Source: a virus. Taken from it: a stretch of DNA of 53,380 bases. Positions 35,071 to 44,813 of the stretch are shown in pieces (within the stretch, counting starts at the first letter, position 1; each line of letters starts with the position of its first letter). The stretch is taken from the IMG/VR virus record IMGVR_UViG_3300045988_159805. One strand, written 5' to 3'. Both the position numbers and the translations under genes were made by a program. The notes under the pieces were generated by a model. It was not told the origin of the DNA. It did no database searches and saw only the letters and a program-made list of their open reading frames with translations.

Positions 35071-37233
35071 GTGTATACGGTATCGAAAGAATACAAGGAA
35101 GCGATGAAGCAGCCGGTGCAGCACTTCCGGATCCGTGGCACGATTGACAACACCATGGGGACGGTACTGGAATTTACCGAAAAGAATATTCTGCAATTCC
35201 GCACTGCCAATCAATGCACCGACTCCGGAACGATCAAGATCGGCGGCGTATACGTCGGAGAACTGTCTGCTGCATTTACAGGACTTCCTGCCTGGTTTCA
35301 ATGGAATCCATACCGGCAAGGAACGATCATCAAGGCGTATGTGTCACGACTCCTGCCGTCTGGGCAGTGGGAAGAGATCCCATTGACACCCTATACTATG
35401 TCCACCATGGAGCGCACCGCCTTTGGGTGGGAAACAGTCGCCTATGACAATATGTCCAAACTGGACAAGACATATGACGGCTACGCCTTTGCCGGCAGCA
35501 TCTACAACATGGCAACTCTGGCTTGCAGTTTGTGCGGCATTGAGTTCGGCATGACCCAGATGGAAGTGCAGGCACTGCCAAACGGGAACTACAACTATTT
35601 CGCCATGTATCCAGAGAACGACATCGGCACATATCGGGATGTGATCTCCTATCTGGCACAGCTTGTGGGTGGATTTGCCACCATTAACCGGGACGGAAAG
35701 CTTGTGTTTCGCTGCTTTTCTACTGCCGCCACAGACACCATTACAAGCGATTGCCGCCTTACCGGGGCAAAGTTCTCCAACTTCAAAACAGAATACAACC
35801 GTATCACCTGTTATGACAAAGTGCAGAACCGTCAGCTGTACCGTGATGTGCCGATACTGGTCGGCACATACATGGATCTTGGGACAAATCCATTTTTGCA
35901 ATACGGATTGCAGGAATGGAAACTGGACACGCTGAAAACCATTCTGTATGCACTATCTAGCTACAGCACAGAATCCACCCCGGGAGACCCGGCACACGCC
36001 CTGCATTATACACCGTTTTCTGCATCCATGTTTTCTGATCCGGCGTATGATCTTGGGGATGTGATCGAGTTCACCGGTGGAATTGCACCGGATAACAATC
36101 TAGGCTGCATCATGTCCTATACCTGGACGTACAACGACGAATACGAAATATCCGGATTCGGCAGCGATCCAGTATCAGACTGGGCAAAGTCTGCCGAAGA
36201 TAAAGCAATCAGCGGCATCGGCGCATCTCTGGACGCACAGCAGATGCACTACTACAACTACACCAACGCCGCCCGGATCCTGATCGGCGACAATAGCCAG
36301 AAAACCGTGGTTAGTCTGCGGTTCGTATCATCAAAAACAACACAGATCAATTTCTTTGCGGAAATCAAGCTGCAAGCAGAAACCACAGAAACAGATACAG
36401 ATGACCAGTACATCTGCACGGACGGCATCCTGACTGCCGCCTACTATCTGGGAAGTGAAGAAATCGGCAGAGTTCGTCCGCAGTGGACATTGCAGGACGG
36501 TGTGCATACCCTGCACCTGTTCTTCCACTTTTCCGTGTCCGGCACGACCACCGAGGAATTTTCCGTGCGGTTCTATACCCAGGACTGCACGATCACCATT
36601 GATGCAGAATCACTCAACGCCACCATGGAAGGCACATTCCTTGCCGGAGAAGGCACATGGGACGGCATTATCTCTGCGGAAGACTTCCTGGACACGCCTA
36701 TTTTCACCGATCCGGCAGATATGAAAATGCACATCAAGCAGACTACAGTATCCGAAAGCCGACAAAATCCGGTTACCACGGGCATCACGGACAAGATCAC
36801 ATTGTCCGTTACAGCAACGGAAATGACGTTCGGCAGTATTTCAGAATCGATCTCCAACTCTCTGGCAGATACTCGTTTCCTGATCGATGCCAAGAACAAC
36901 AAAGGCACATACGACAACAGCATTACAATTTCTGACGGCGTATATCAGCTGTCAGATCAGTCTGTATCCGGCTGCATTCAAAAGACTGCCGATCTGTCTG
37001 ACAGCAGCATTACCGGCATTACATCTCTGGAATGCACCTACACCGGGCTGGTATCTGTCCAGTACAGCTACGATGGCAGCACATGGACAGAGCAGGCAGC
37101 TATGGCAGACTTCCTGCAAACAGACCTTGACGCACTCTACAGCGGCATGACCACAGCCAGAACAATTGCCCTGCGCATATGGCTGGAGGGCAACGCCACG
37201 CTTAAAGAATTTGCAATCAACTACACGCTATAA
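35071..37233 (+). CDS. tail-associated / baseplate protein (GTG start)
   Basis: GGGAGGTG RBS. Assigned by size and position after the TMP gene. Confidence 0.5.
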   Translation: MYTVSKEYKEAMKQPVQHFRIRGTIDNTMGTVLEFTEKNILQFRTANQCTDSGTIKIGGVYVGELSAAFTGLPAWFQWNPYRQGTIIKAYVSRLLPSGQWEEIPLTPYTMSTMERTAFGWETVAYDNMSKLDKTYDGYAFAGSIYNMATLACSLCGIEFGMTQMEVQALPNGNYNYFAMYPENDIGTYRDVISYLAQLVGGFATINRDGKLVFRCFSTAATDTITSDCRLTGAKFSNFKTEYNRITCYDKVQNRQLYRDVPILVGTYMDLGTNPFLQYGLQEWKLDTLKTILYALSSYSTESTPGDPAHALHYTPFSASMFSDPAYDLGDVIEFTGGIAPDNNLGCIMSYTWTYNDEYEISGFGSDPVSDWAKSAEDKAISGIGASLDAQQMHYYNYTNAARILIGDNSQKTVVSLRFVSSKTTQINFFAEIKLQAETTETDTDDQYICTDGILTAAYYLGSEEIGRVRPQWTLQDGVHTLHLFFHFSVSGTTTEEFSVRFYTQDCTITIDAESLNATMEGTFLAGEGTWDGIISAEDFLDTPIFTDPADMKMHIKQTTVSESRQNPVTTGITDKITLSVTATEMTFGSISESISNSLADTRFLIDAKNNKGTYDNSITISDGVYQLSDQSVSGCIQKTADLSDSSITGITSLECTYTGLVSVQYSYDGSTWTEQAAMADFLQTDLDALYSGMTTARTIALRIWLEGNATLKEFAINYTL

Positions 37234-37243
37234 AGGAGGACAC

Positions 37244-38650
37244 ATGCTGAAAGGAAAAACAGAATTGATCCTAACCGATGTCCGCACCGGATCACAGGAA
37301 AAAGTGTTGGAACATAACATGGTGACCAATGCTCTGTCAGATATTTTCCGGCAGGAAGGCTACATGAAAGACTGCGGCGTGATGTACAGCAGCATCGGAC
37401 AGCCGCTGTACACGTCCCTGCTGGGCGGCATTTTGCTGTTTGACACAGCACTGGAAGAAGATGCGTCCAAGTACTATGCGCCGCCGGGTGTGCGTCTGAC
37501 GGCATCTGGCGTGTATGGTATCAAGAATACCGTCAACAGCCTGCTTCGGGGAGATTATAATAGCGAGGAATCCAGGTTGGACTTAGATGCAAAAACCATG
37601 AAGTATGTCTATGATTTCCCCACGTCCAAAGGAAACGGCAAAATTGCAAGCGTATGCCTAACGTCAAAGTGGGCTGGATTCGATGGATATGGAGCAGCTG
37701 AAAACAACTATACCACAAGCGGCGATCAGTCCGGGAGCTTGTTGTACTCACTGGGCGGCAGCCGATACATGGCACACAATGGGGAATATACCATTGCCAT
37801 AGACGAAAAAAACGATGTGATGTACTCTGTCGCATTTGAAAAAAATCCAGAGTCCACCTCGTATGATTATAAAATCATCGTTTATAAGCGCTGGGCAAAT
37901 TTGAAGAATATCACAATTCTCCGGAACATCTACAGCTATCATCCACTAATGGAAAAAGTGGAACTGTCAACCGATAATTTCTATTCTTATTATTCGTCTA
38001 TAAACTATGATCGAATCAGCAATGCGATTTATGTTGTGGTCAACAACACCAGCAGCACTATTGGTTCCGGAAAAAACATTATTATATACTGCATCCCCCT
38101 AGATACGCTTAAACTGACTAAGATGTTAGTCACAAACACAACAGGCACATCCATTGTGCCGGCTAACTGCTATGTGTACAACGGATATTTGTATTGTTTC
38201 AAAAGCGATGCTGTATATAAAATCAGATTATCTGCAAGTGGTGATGTCACAAGGATGTCAACCCCGTCAAACTTCCAGCCGGTCTACACCAAGTGCATTT
38301 TTGAGCGCAATGGATTGATCTATGCTCCATACACATTCGGCGGCAGCAATGACCATAAAAATTATGCCATCATTGACACGGAGAAAAATATTGTTCTGTC
38401 CACCAATTGCCGTTCCGGCACATATACATATACTGGCGAATGGCAGATTGCGCCAATTATCGGAAATGACATCATGCTGTTCAAAAACGTCTATCGAAAT
38501 TCCGAACCGGAAACAGGGACATTCCAGATGCAGACGAATTACCTCGCCACCATCAATAATCTGTCCACACCGATCACAAAGACGGCGGCACAAACCATGA
38601 AGGTGATCTACACTATATCGGAGGGAGAACCGGATGCAGATACAGTATAA
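37244..38650 (+). CDS. tail/baseplate-associated hypothetical protein
   Basis: Trimmed to MLKGKTELILTD with an AAGGAGG RBS. Confidence 0.45.
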   Translation: MLKGKTELILTDVRTGSQEKVLEHNMVTNALSDIFRQEGYMKDCGVMYSSIGQPLYTSLLGGILLFDTALEEDASKYYAPPGVRLTASGVYGIKNTVNSLLRGDYNSEESRLDLDAKTMKYVYDFPTSKGNGKIASVCLTSKWAGFDGYGAAENNYTTSGDQSGSLLYSLGGSRYMAHNGEYTIAIDEKNDVMYSVAFEKNPESTSYDYKIIVYKRWANLKNITILRNIYSYHPLMEKVELSTDNFYSYYSSINYDRISNAIYVVVNNTSSTIGSGKNIIIYCIPLDTLKLTKMLVTNTTGTSIVPANCYVYNGYLYCFKSDAVYKIRLSASGDVTRMSTPSNFQPVYTKCIFERNGLIYAPYTFGGSNDHKNYAIIDTEKNIVLSTNCRSGTYTYTGEWQIAPIIGNDIMLFKNVYRNSEPETGTFQMQTNYLATINNLSTPITKTAAQTMKVIYTISEGEPDADTV

Positions 38651-40781
38651 CGGAAAAAGCAAAATTCTGCGGCGCATTGTGGCGTTGGTCAACCGGTCAC
38701 AGAATGTCGCACTGCGGCAGGACAACACCGACAAGAACACGCTGTACTGGACAGGTCTGGACGGCGTGGAGATCACTGTAAACATCCCGTCCGGAGCCGT
38801 GGAAGTAGATACGGAACTGTCCGAAACAAGTACCAATCCGGTGGAGAATCAGGCAATCACCAAAGAACTCGCTCAAAAAGCCGACAAATCCGTTATCCCG
38901 ACTGTAGGAGACGGCGTGCTGTCTGTGCAGCGTAACGGTAAGAGCGTGGGGACGTTTTCCGCAAATGCAGCAAAGGACACGGCTGTCAACATTTCCGTGC
39001 CAGAGAAGGTGTCTGAACTGGAAAACGATGCAGGCTACGGAACATACACCAAGCCCACTACAGGTATCCCCAAAAGCGACCTTGCAAGCGGTGTGCAGGC
39101 AAGTCTGGGTAAGGCAGATACAGCACTGCAAAAGCATCAGGACATCAGCGGTAAACTGGACAAAACCGGCGATGCAAGCAGCACCACCGCTTCATTTGCC
39201 GCAGCATCTTCCAGAGAAAATGTCAAGACTGGTGAAAAGCTGTCTGTGTTATTTGGGAAAATTGCGAAATGGTTCACCGATTTAAAAGCGGTGGCGTTTT
39301 CTGGGAGCTATAAAGATTTGTCGGATAAGCCCACGATACCAGACATTTCCGGTAAGCAAGACAAGCTGACTGCCGGCACAAACATCACCATCATCGGCAG
39401 CACCATCAGCGCAAAAGACACGACCTACGGCAATGCGTCGGCTAGTGTGGCTGGGCTGATGAGTGCGGCGGACAAAAGTAAGCTGGATGGGATTAATCTA
39501 GTACGATACCTGCGTTATAACGCTGCCGGGGGAATGATCAAAGGCACCTGGTATAAATTCGCTAGTTTTAATTGTACGCGATATTACAATTATTCAACTG
39601 CGATTTTTGTCGCTGGATTCAGATATGATGTCATGGGATTGTTTCGGATTACGGCAGGCAATGCGCAGGGAAAACCTGTGGCATCAAGAGTTTATATTTC
39701 AAACATAACCGGAGATTTACGAGGAATTGTCGGATACATCATAAATGGGAATACAGTAAATTTCTTCCTGAAACCAGGAACTGGCATGTACGGCTATGTT
39801 GCCAGAATTGGCGCAACGGCTGAAACCGGTGATTTTATAACACAAACCGATTTAGTTGCAGCGACCACGGAGGAAGCAGCAAGTATTGTCCCATTTACAG
39901 CAGCTGGCACAGATGTTGCATTTTCAAATCATTCCAATGAAACTGACAAAATATCAAATGGAACATTGCGATCTGGGTTCTATGTAAATGCTGCGGTCAA
40001 TTCTACGTCTGGCTACACATGGTTTCGCATGGCAACATGCAAAATATCTGGCGCATACGAAACCGTTAACACTACATTTTTGATAACCAATGGAATGACT
40101 GGTCAGGGTCTGCTATCGTGCGGTATCAGAAACGGCGGTACTGGAAAAACTGTGGAATCGTGTACGCTAGTTTTTTCGGCCAGAAACGGAAGCAGTGTTC
40201 CGCCCGGAATGTTTCGCATTGTTGCCATAAATAGCGATACGGGCGTAACATATGAACTGTGGGGACAGATAACTGCTAGATGGTATGGCGTTAGATACAC
40301 TGTTTTGGACGAACGAAATATTAGCGGTGGAAAGTATAACAATTGGAAACTAGAATCGCATTCAGACGCTGATGCAAAAACCGCACCCACAACAGGTAAT
40401 TATTATGTAAATTCCACAGATACGTCAATTGCCACCACCCTCACTGACTCCGGCTGGGTAGCCATGACACTGGGATCCTATGCTGCATCTGGCACTGTAC
40501 AATACCGTACCTATGGCAATCAGATCACGATCACTGGAAAAGTTGTATTGAAATCCGAAATTAGAACAAATTATCACGCACCACAATCAATCGCAAATAC
40601 AAAACTGGATTTTTCCAAAATCAAAGGCTGTTCTGGATTTGGGCGTTCATCGACCGGAACAGGCGTATATGTTCAAGCAACTCGATTTGGTGATGATAAT
40701 ATTATTGATGTGTTCTCAATCGACAGTAACATTGCCGCTGGTGCTACGCTGTATTTTACGATCACCGGATTTATTGACTAG
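38634..40781 (+). CDS. tail fibre / receptor-binding protein
   Basis: Fibre-type motifs SVAGLMSAADKSKLDGI and AFSGSYKDLSDKPT. The C-terminal half is more AT-rich. Confidence 0.65.
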   Translation: MQIQYNGKSKILRRIVALVNRSQNVALRQDNTDKNTLYWTGLDGVEITVNIPSGAVEVDTELSETSTNPVENQAITKELAQKADKSVIPTVGDGVLSVQRNGKSVGTFSANAAKDTAVNISVPEKVSELENDAGYGTYTKPTTGIPKSDLASGVQASLGKADTALQKHQDISGKLDKTGDASSTTASFAAASSRENVKTGEKLSVLFGKIAKWFTDLKAVAFSGSYKDLSDKPTIPDISGKQDKLTAGTNITIIGSTISAKDTTYGNASASVAGLMSAADKSKLDGINLVRYLRYNAAGGMIKGTWYKFASFNCTRYYNYSTAIFVAGFRYDVMGLFRITAGNAQGKPVASRVYISNITGDLRGIVGYIINGNTVNFFLKPGTGMYGYVARIGATAETGDFITQTDLVAATTEEAASIVPFTAAGTDVAFSNHSNETDKISNGTLRSGFYVNAAVNSTSGYTWFRMATCKISGAYETVNTTFLITNGMTGQGLLSCGIRNGGTGKTVESCTLVFSARNGSSVPPGMFRIVAINSDTGVTYELWGQITARWYGVRYTVLDERNISGGKYNNWKLESHSDADAKTAPTTGNYYVNSTDTSIATTLTDSGWVAMTLGSYAASGTVQYRTYGNQITITGKVVLKSEIRTNYHAPQSIANTKLDFSKIKGCSGFGRSSTGTGVYVQATRFGDDNIIDVFSIDSNIAAGATLYFTITGFID

Positions 40782-40790
40782 GAGGTAATT

Positions 40791-41195
40791 ATGAAAGAAA
40801 CAATCTGCACAGTCGTCGGAGTTGTCGGCAGCTTTGTCGCATGGCTGTTCGGCGGATGGGACACAGCACTGGCAACGCTGCTGATCTTTATGGCGGTAGA
40901 CTATGTGACAGGGCTGATTGTCGCAGCTGCCGGAAAATCGCCGAAGGGCAAGCTGTCCAGCAAGATCGGCTGGAGAGGACTTGCCAAAAAGTGTGTTGTG
41001 CTGCTGCTGGTTCTGGTAGCGGCACAGCTGGACGTGGTTCTCGGCATGGACTATGTGCGTGCAGGCGTGTGTGTTGCGTTTCTGTGCAATGAGGTGATTT
41101 CCATTTTGGAAAACGCCGGCTTGATGGGCGTACCGCTGCCGGCGGCACTGAAAAACGCTGTGGAATTACTGCAATCGAAAGGAAAAGGTGAATGA
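40791..41195 (+). CDS. holin (phage_holin_4 / TcdE-like)
   Basis: FGGWDTALATLLIFMAVDYVTGLIVAA ... GWRGLAKKCVVLLLVLV. Confidence 0.75.
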   Translation: MKETICTVVGVVGSFVAWLFGGWDTALATLLIFMAVDYVTGLIVAAAGKSPKGKLSSKIGWRGLAKKCVVLLLVLVAAQLDVVLGMDYVRAGVCVAFLCNEVISILENAGLMGVPLPAALKNAVELLQSKGKGE

Positions 41196-42082
41196 GTATG
41201 AAAGGAATCGATGTATCGAAGCATCAAGGCAATGTGAACTGGTCGCATGTCAAGGCAGACGGTGTGAAGTTTGCCATTATCCGTGCGGGCTACGGCAAGC
41301 AGGCATCGCAGAAAGACACGCAGTTTGAAGCCAACTACACCGGCTGCAAGTCACAGGGCATCCCCTGCGGTGCATACTGGTACAGCTACGCTGCCACGCC
41401 GGCAGAGGCAAAGCAAGAAGCTGCTGTTTGCCTGAGCGTTATCAAGGGCAAGACATTCGAGTACCCCGTGTATTTTGACATCGAGGAGCCAAGCGTGCTT
41501 GTAAAGGGCAAGGCAGCCTGCACCGCCATTGCAAAGGCATTTTTGGAAGCCGTAGAACAGGCAGGCTATTTTGTGGGAATTTACTCCAGCAAAGTACATC
41601 TGGAAAACTGCATCACAGAAGAGTTGCGGGCACGGTATGCTGTCTGGGTGGCACACTACGGCGTGGATAAGACCACCTACCACGGACAGTACGGCATCTG
41701 GCAGAAGTCCAGCACAGGCAAGGTGAGCGGCATTCGGGGCAATGTGGACATGAACGAGTGCTACACGGACTACCCGGCAGCCATCCGCAAGAAAGGGCTG
41801 AACGGGTTCAAGGCTGTCCAGACCGCAGCAACAGCGAAGCCGGCACAGGCGAAGTCCTGGAAGAAAGGTCAGGCGGTGCACATCGGCAGCAATGTACCAC
41901 TGTTCGCCAACGAAACTACTACCACACCCGCTGCCCGACTGACTGCCGGAACGTACTACATCTACGACGGCGTGCCTTGTAAGCTGGGACGGTATCGTGT
42001 TACTACTACGGCGGCTTCCTGCGGTAAGACACCAGTCGGGAAGTATGTCACAGGGTATGTGTCGTGGGATAATTTCAAGTAA
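41192..42082 (+). CDS. endolysin: GH25 muramidase plus C-terminal binding domain
   Basis: GIDVSKHQGNVNWSHVKADGVKFAIIRAGYG ... YWYSYA ... DIE. Confidence 0.8.
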   Translation: MSMKGIDVSKHQGNVNWSHVKADGVKFAIIRAGYGKQASQKDTQFEANYTGCKSQGIPCGAYWYSYAATPAEAKQEAAVCLSVIKGKTFEYPVYFDIEEPSVLVKGKAACTAIAKAFLEAVEQAGYFVGIYSSKVHLENCITEELRARYAVWVAHYGVDKTTYHGQYGIWQKSSTGKVSGIRGNVDMNECYTDYPAAIRKKGLNGFKAVQTAATAKPAQAKSWKKGQAVHIGSNVPLFANETTTTPAARLTAGTYYIYDGVPCKLGRYRVTTTAASCGKTPVGKYVTGYVSWDNFK

Positions 42083-42103
42083 CACAGAAATGATAATCTG
42101 ATG

Positions 42104-42238
42104 CAAATAACGAAAAAACCGGCAGTACAAAACAGAAAATCTTCTGCGCAAATAACGAAAAAACCGGCAGTACAAAACAGAAGATCTTCTGCGCAAATAA
42201 CGAAAAAACCGGCAGTACAAAACAGGAAACCTCCTGCT
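42104..42238. repeat. 3 x 45-bp tandem repeat at the prophage right end
   Basis: Units begin at 42104, 42149 and 42194 (CAAATAACGAAAAAACCGGCAGTACAAAACAGnAnnnCTnCTGCG). Only the last unit is completed into a hairpin. Confidence 0.8.
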
Positions 42239-42255
42239 GTACTGCCGGTTTTTTT
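42209..42255 (+). terminator. intrinsic terminator after the lysis genes
   Basis: Stem CCGGCAGTACA/TGTACTGCCGG followed by T7. Confidence 0.7.
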
Positions 42256-42352
42256 GTACCGAAATTGTCGTACTAAGTGTCGTACTACTGTTTTTTCATA
42301 AAACCAAAAAGCACGCAGTCCCGGCATACCGCCGGAGCTACGTGCAAATTCT

Positions 42353-42428
<76 letters not shown>

Positions 42429-42640
42429 ATTTGATTTTGTTTGTTTTTGTCGTTTTGGGCGACTCAACGTATATTATTATAGCACAGATATGGGGACTTG
42501 TCAACGCTTTTTTTGACTTCCGAAAAAAGAAAAATCATGCGGATTGAAACTTTACTTTCTTTCTCGAATCATTGCAAAACAGCATAAAGTCAGAACTATA
42601 ATATATCAAAAACAAATCCGGCATTTTCTCCTTATGCCGC

Positions 42641-42676
42641 AAAAAAACGCCGCCGGGCGGTGATGCCCGATGGCGT
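42641..42676 (-). terminator. terminator after the VanY-like gene
   Basis: GC-rich hairpin ACGCC...GGCGT followed on the minus strand by T7. Confidence 0.5.
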
Positions 42677-42693
42677 TTCCTGGTTTATCCGAT

Positions 42694-43800
42694 TCATTCG
42701 CAGGTGACAATATATCCGCTGATGTTGTCGCCGGATGCGGTATAGGTCTTGCCGGGGATGGTCACATCCACATCGTTTGTGCCGCCGATGCCCACATAGA
42801 ATACCTTATACTGCTTTCCGTCCGCTGTGATCTCCAGCGGATTTGCCGGGGTGTAGCTGTGGATCTTGTCCACATACTCTTCCAGGCACAGCTTGTGTTC
42901 TGTCATGTAAACAGCGTGGGGAACGCCCACATAGCGGAAGGTATAGCTGCGGCTGTCCTCGCCGGTCTTTTCTTCCTTGCCGTCCGGATAGCGCACCACA
43001 AAGCCGTACTCTGCGGCGTGTTCAGCGATCCAGCTGTACTGCGGATATTTCTCCGCATTATAATAGTCCGAAGTGCCGTCTCCGAAGTTGATCTTCAGAT
43101 TAAAGCTTCTGCCGCTGTGATAGTCGGATGTGCCGCCTTTGAAGTCGGTGCTGCCGTCTGCATACCGTGCATCCTGGTCTGCCTTGTCCCGATAGCCGCT
43201 GAATACCTGCATTCCGCTCAGTCCGGTCTCCTTTTCAAATGCCGCCATCATCTCGTTCAGATGCTGGATCGTCTCAGCGTCCAGCTGGACTTCCATATCG
43301 CTGACGCTGTAGGAACTGTTCCGGTTCTCATAGACACTTTTGAGTTTCGGGTCGCCAGTGGGGAAATCGTAGGAGTGATCTTTGTTAATAAGGATCAGAT
43401 CGCCCTTGTTCACGCCCTTGGCAGCCAGTGTGATCTGCTTGCCGTCGGTCAGACTGCTTTCCTCTGCCTGCGTTGTCTTTGTGGTGTCCGTAGCCACATC
43501 CGGTGCGTCGGTCTGGGTATCCTTTTCGCTGTTTTCAACCTTTTCGGCAGAAGTAGTCGCTGTTGCCACCGGTGTGCTGCCGGACTCCTCCGGGGACTTC
43601 CGGCGCTGGCAGCTGTGGAAACACAGTGCGCCGATCAGCAGGACGATCAGCAGAAACGGTACGCCCACCGCAGCGATGCGGTCCAGCCGGAGCTTGCGTT
43701 TTCTGGCGTGGCTGCCTCCTTTTCTGGCTGCTTTTTTATCCACATCCGGTTTCGGGGATGGTTCTTTTGCATGACTGATCGGTTTTTTCGGTTCGCTCAT
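42694..43800 (-). CDS. VanY / M15-family D-alanyl-D-alanine carboxypeptidase-like protein, membrane-anchored
   Basis: TM helix VGVPFLLIVLLIGALCF. Motifs SGYRDKADQ, SDYHSGRSFN and YTFRYVGVPHA are VanY-type. Confidence 0.7.
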   Translation of the reverse strand: MSEPKKPISHAKEPSPKPDVDKKAARKGGSHARKRKLRLDRIAAVGVPFLLIVLLIGALCFHSCQRRKSPEESGSTPVATATTSAEKVENSEKDTQTDAPDVATDTTKTTQAEESSLTDGKQITLAAKGVNKGDLILINKDHSYDFPTGDPKLKSVYENRNSSYSVSDMEVQLDAETIQHLNEMMAAFEKETGLSGMQVFSGYRDKADQDARYADGSTDFKGGTSDYHSGRSFNLKINFGDGTSDYYNAEKYPQYSWIAEHAAEYGFVVRYPDGKEEKTGEDSRSYTFRYVGVPHAVYMTEHKLCLEEYVDKIHSYTPANPLEITADGKQYKVFYVGIGGTNDVDVTIPGKTYTASGDNISGYIVTCE

Positions 43801-44070
43801 GACAGATGTTCCTTTCTTTGCAGAATTGCCGCATCAGCGCCTGCTGTGCATTTTCTGCGCACAATAAGCCGGCGGTCTGTCCAAATCCGAAATCCATTCC
43901 GGAGCGGATGCGGCAGTGCTTTCATTATACCATATTCCCCGAAGATTTTCAAGTCAAATTTTGTCGTATCCGGAAAAGCGGTTTCCCGGCGCAGCGCAGG
44001 GGCGTGCCTTTCAGACACTCCGGCGGGAGAGCCGCAGCAGGGGAGTCGTTTTTTGCATCCGCATTTTCAC

Positions 44071-44099
44071 TTGACAAAACCAGGAAAGCGTGGTATACT
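44071..44099 (+). promoter_or_regulatory. promoter of tRNA-Leu
   Basis: TTGACA(44071-44076)-17-TATACT(44094-44099). Confidence 0.65.
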
Positions 44100-44129
44100 T
44101 AGTTGTACGTTCTTTCCCACAGATATTTT

Positions 44130-44212
44130 GCGGATGTGGTGAAATTGGCAGACACGATAGATTTAGGTTCTATTGCTCCGGCGTGCAGGTTCAAGTCCTG
44201 TCATCCGCACCA
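44130..44212 (+). tRNA. tRNA-Leu (anticodon TAG), long variable arm, CCA encoded
   Basis: Acceptor GCGGATG/CATCCGC. Anticodon stem ATAGA/TCTAT with loop TTTAGGT. Confidence 0.85.
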
Positions 44213-44217
44213 GAACA

Positions 44218-44267
44218 AAACGCTCAGAAATGACGCAGCTGCGTTGTTTCTGAGCGTTTCTTTTTTT
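44218..44267 (+). terminator. intrinsic terminator after tRNA-Leu
   Basis: Stem AAACGCTCAGAAA/TTTCTGAGCGTTT followed by a T-run. Confidence 0.75.
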
Positions 44268-44663
44268 GTGCCGGGGGCTGTCCTTTATTTGTCCTTTATG
44301 CAGGCAGTTTGTCCGGATTTGTTGAAATTAAGCAGAAAAAACGGAAAATTTTTTCTATAAAGCGTTCTGAATTAGGCGGCAAAGTATTGCTGTTTTATAC
44401 CGAGTTTTTCACATTCTTCATCTTGTCTTATATTTATGGAGCATATCCATAGCATACTGAGAGGACTCTTAAAAACCTAGTATTTCTCCTTTGTGTAATT
44501 CATTGTATATTCAAAGTATGATACTTCAGTTGTGCAGTCTTATGCAGTTAATTTATTTATAGTATATAACACATTATTTTAGTTTTACATTTGCTTTGAG
44601 CAGATTGCATAAATTTTAAGGTGACGATTCTACATAAGCTGTTAGAAAATGTAAATATATGTA

Positions 44664-44692
44664 TTGACATTTCTAGGGCAATGTGGTATACT
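44664..44692 (+). promoter_or_regulatory. promoter of the island operon
   Basis: TTGACA(44664-44669)-17-TGgTATACT(44684-44692). Confidence 0.65.
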
Positions 44693-44813
44693 TAATTTGA
44701 TAAATAAAGTTGGAATTATATTGGACTTTTGTATAAAGTGCATAAAATTAAAACTGTAATCGTTAGCTTGTTTATACTATTTGAATTAAAATAATGTGAG
44801 AGGAATGATTAAA

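Larger units (their letters stand above)
13443..42352. mobile_element. ~28.9 kb siphovirus-type prophage (HK97-like head module), apparently complete
   Basis: Bounded by att copies 2 and 3. Ordered lysogeny, replication, late-regulation, packaging, head, tail and lysis modules. Confidence 0.85.

Noticed and set aside
42104-42238. CRISPR array?
   Set aside because: The repeats are contiguous with no spacers, there are only three units, and there are no cas genes. The array is a tandem repeat. The TTCCCACAC cluster (8342-8560) was likewise rejected as CRISPR, because the repeats are 9 nt with irregular short gaps.
42670-44142. 490-aa plus-strand ORF, the longest ORF in this region
   Set aside because: It is the antisense shadow of the VanY-like gene (42694-43800, minus), which has clear motifs and a TM anchor. 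The plus-strand translation is Ala/Arg/Cys-rich, has no RBS, and runs into the tRNA-Leu promoter and tRNA.
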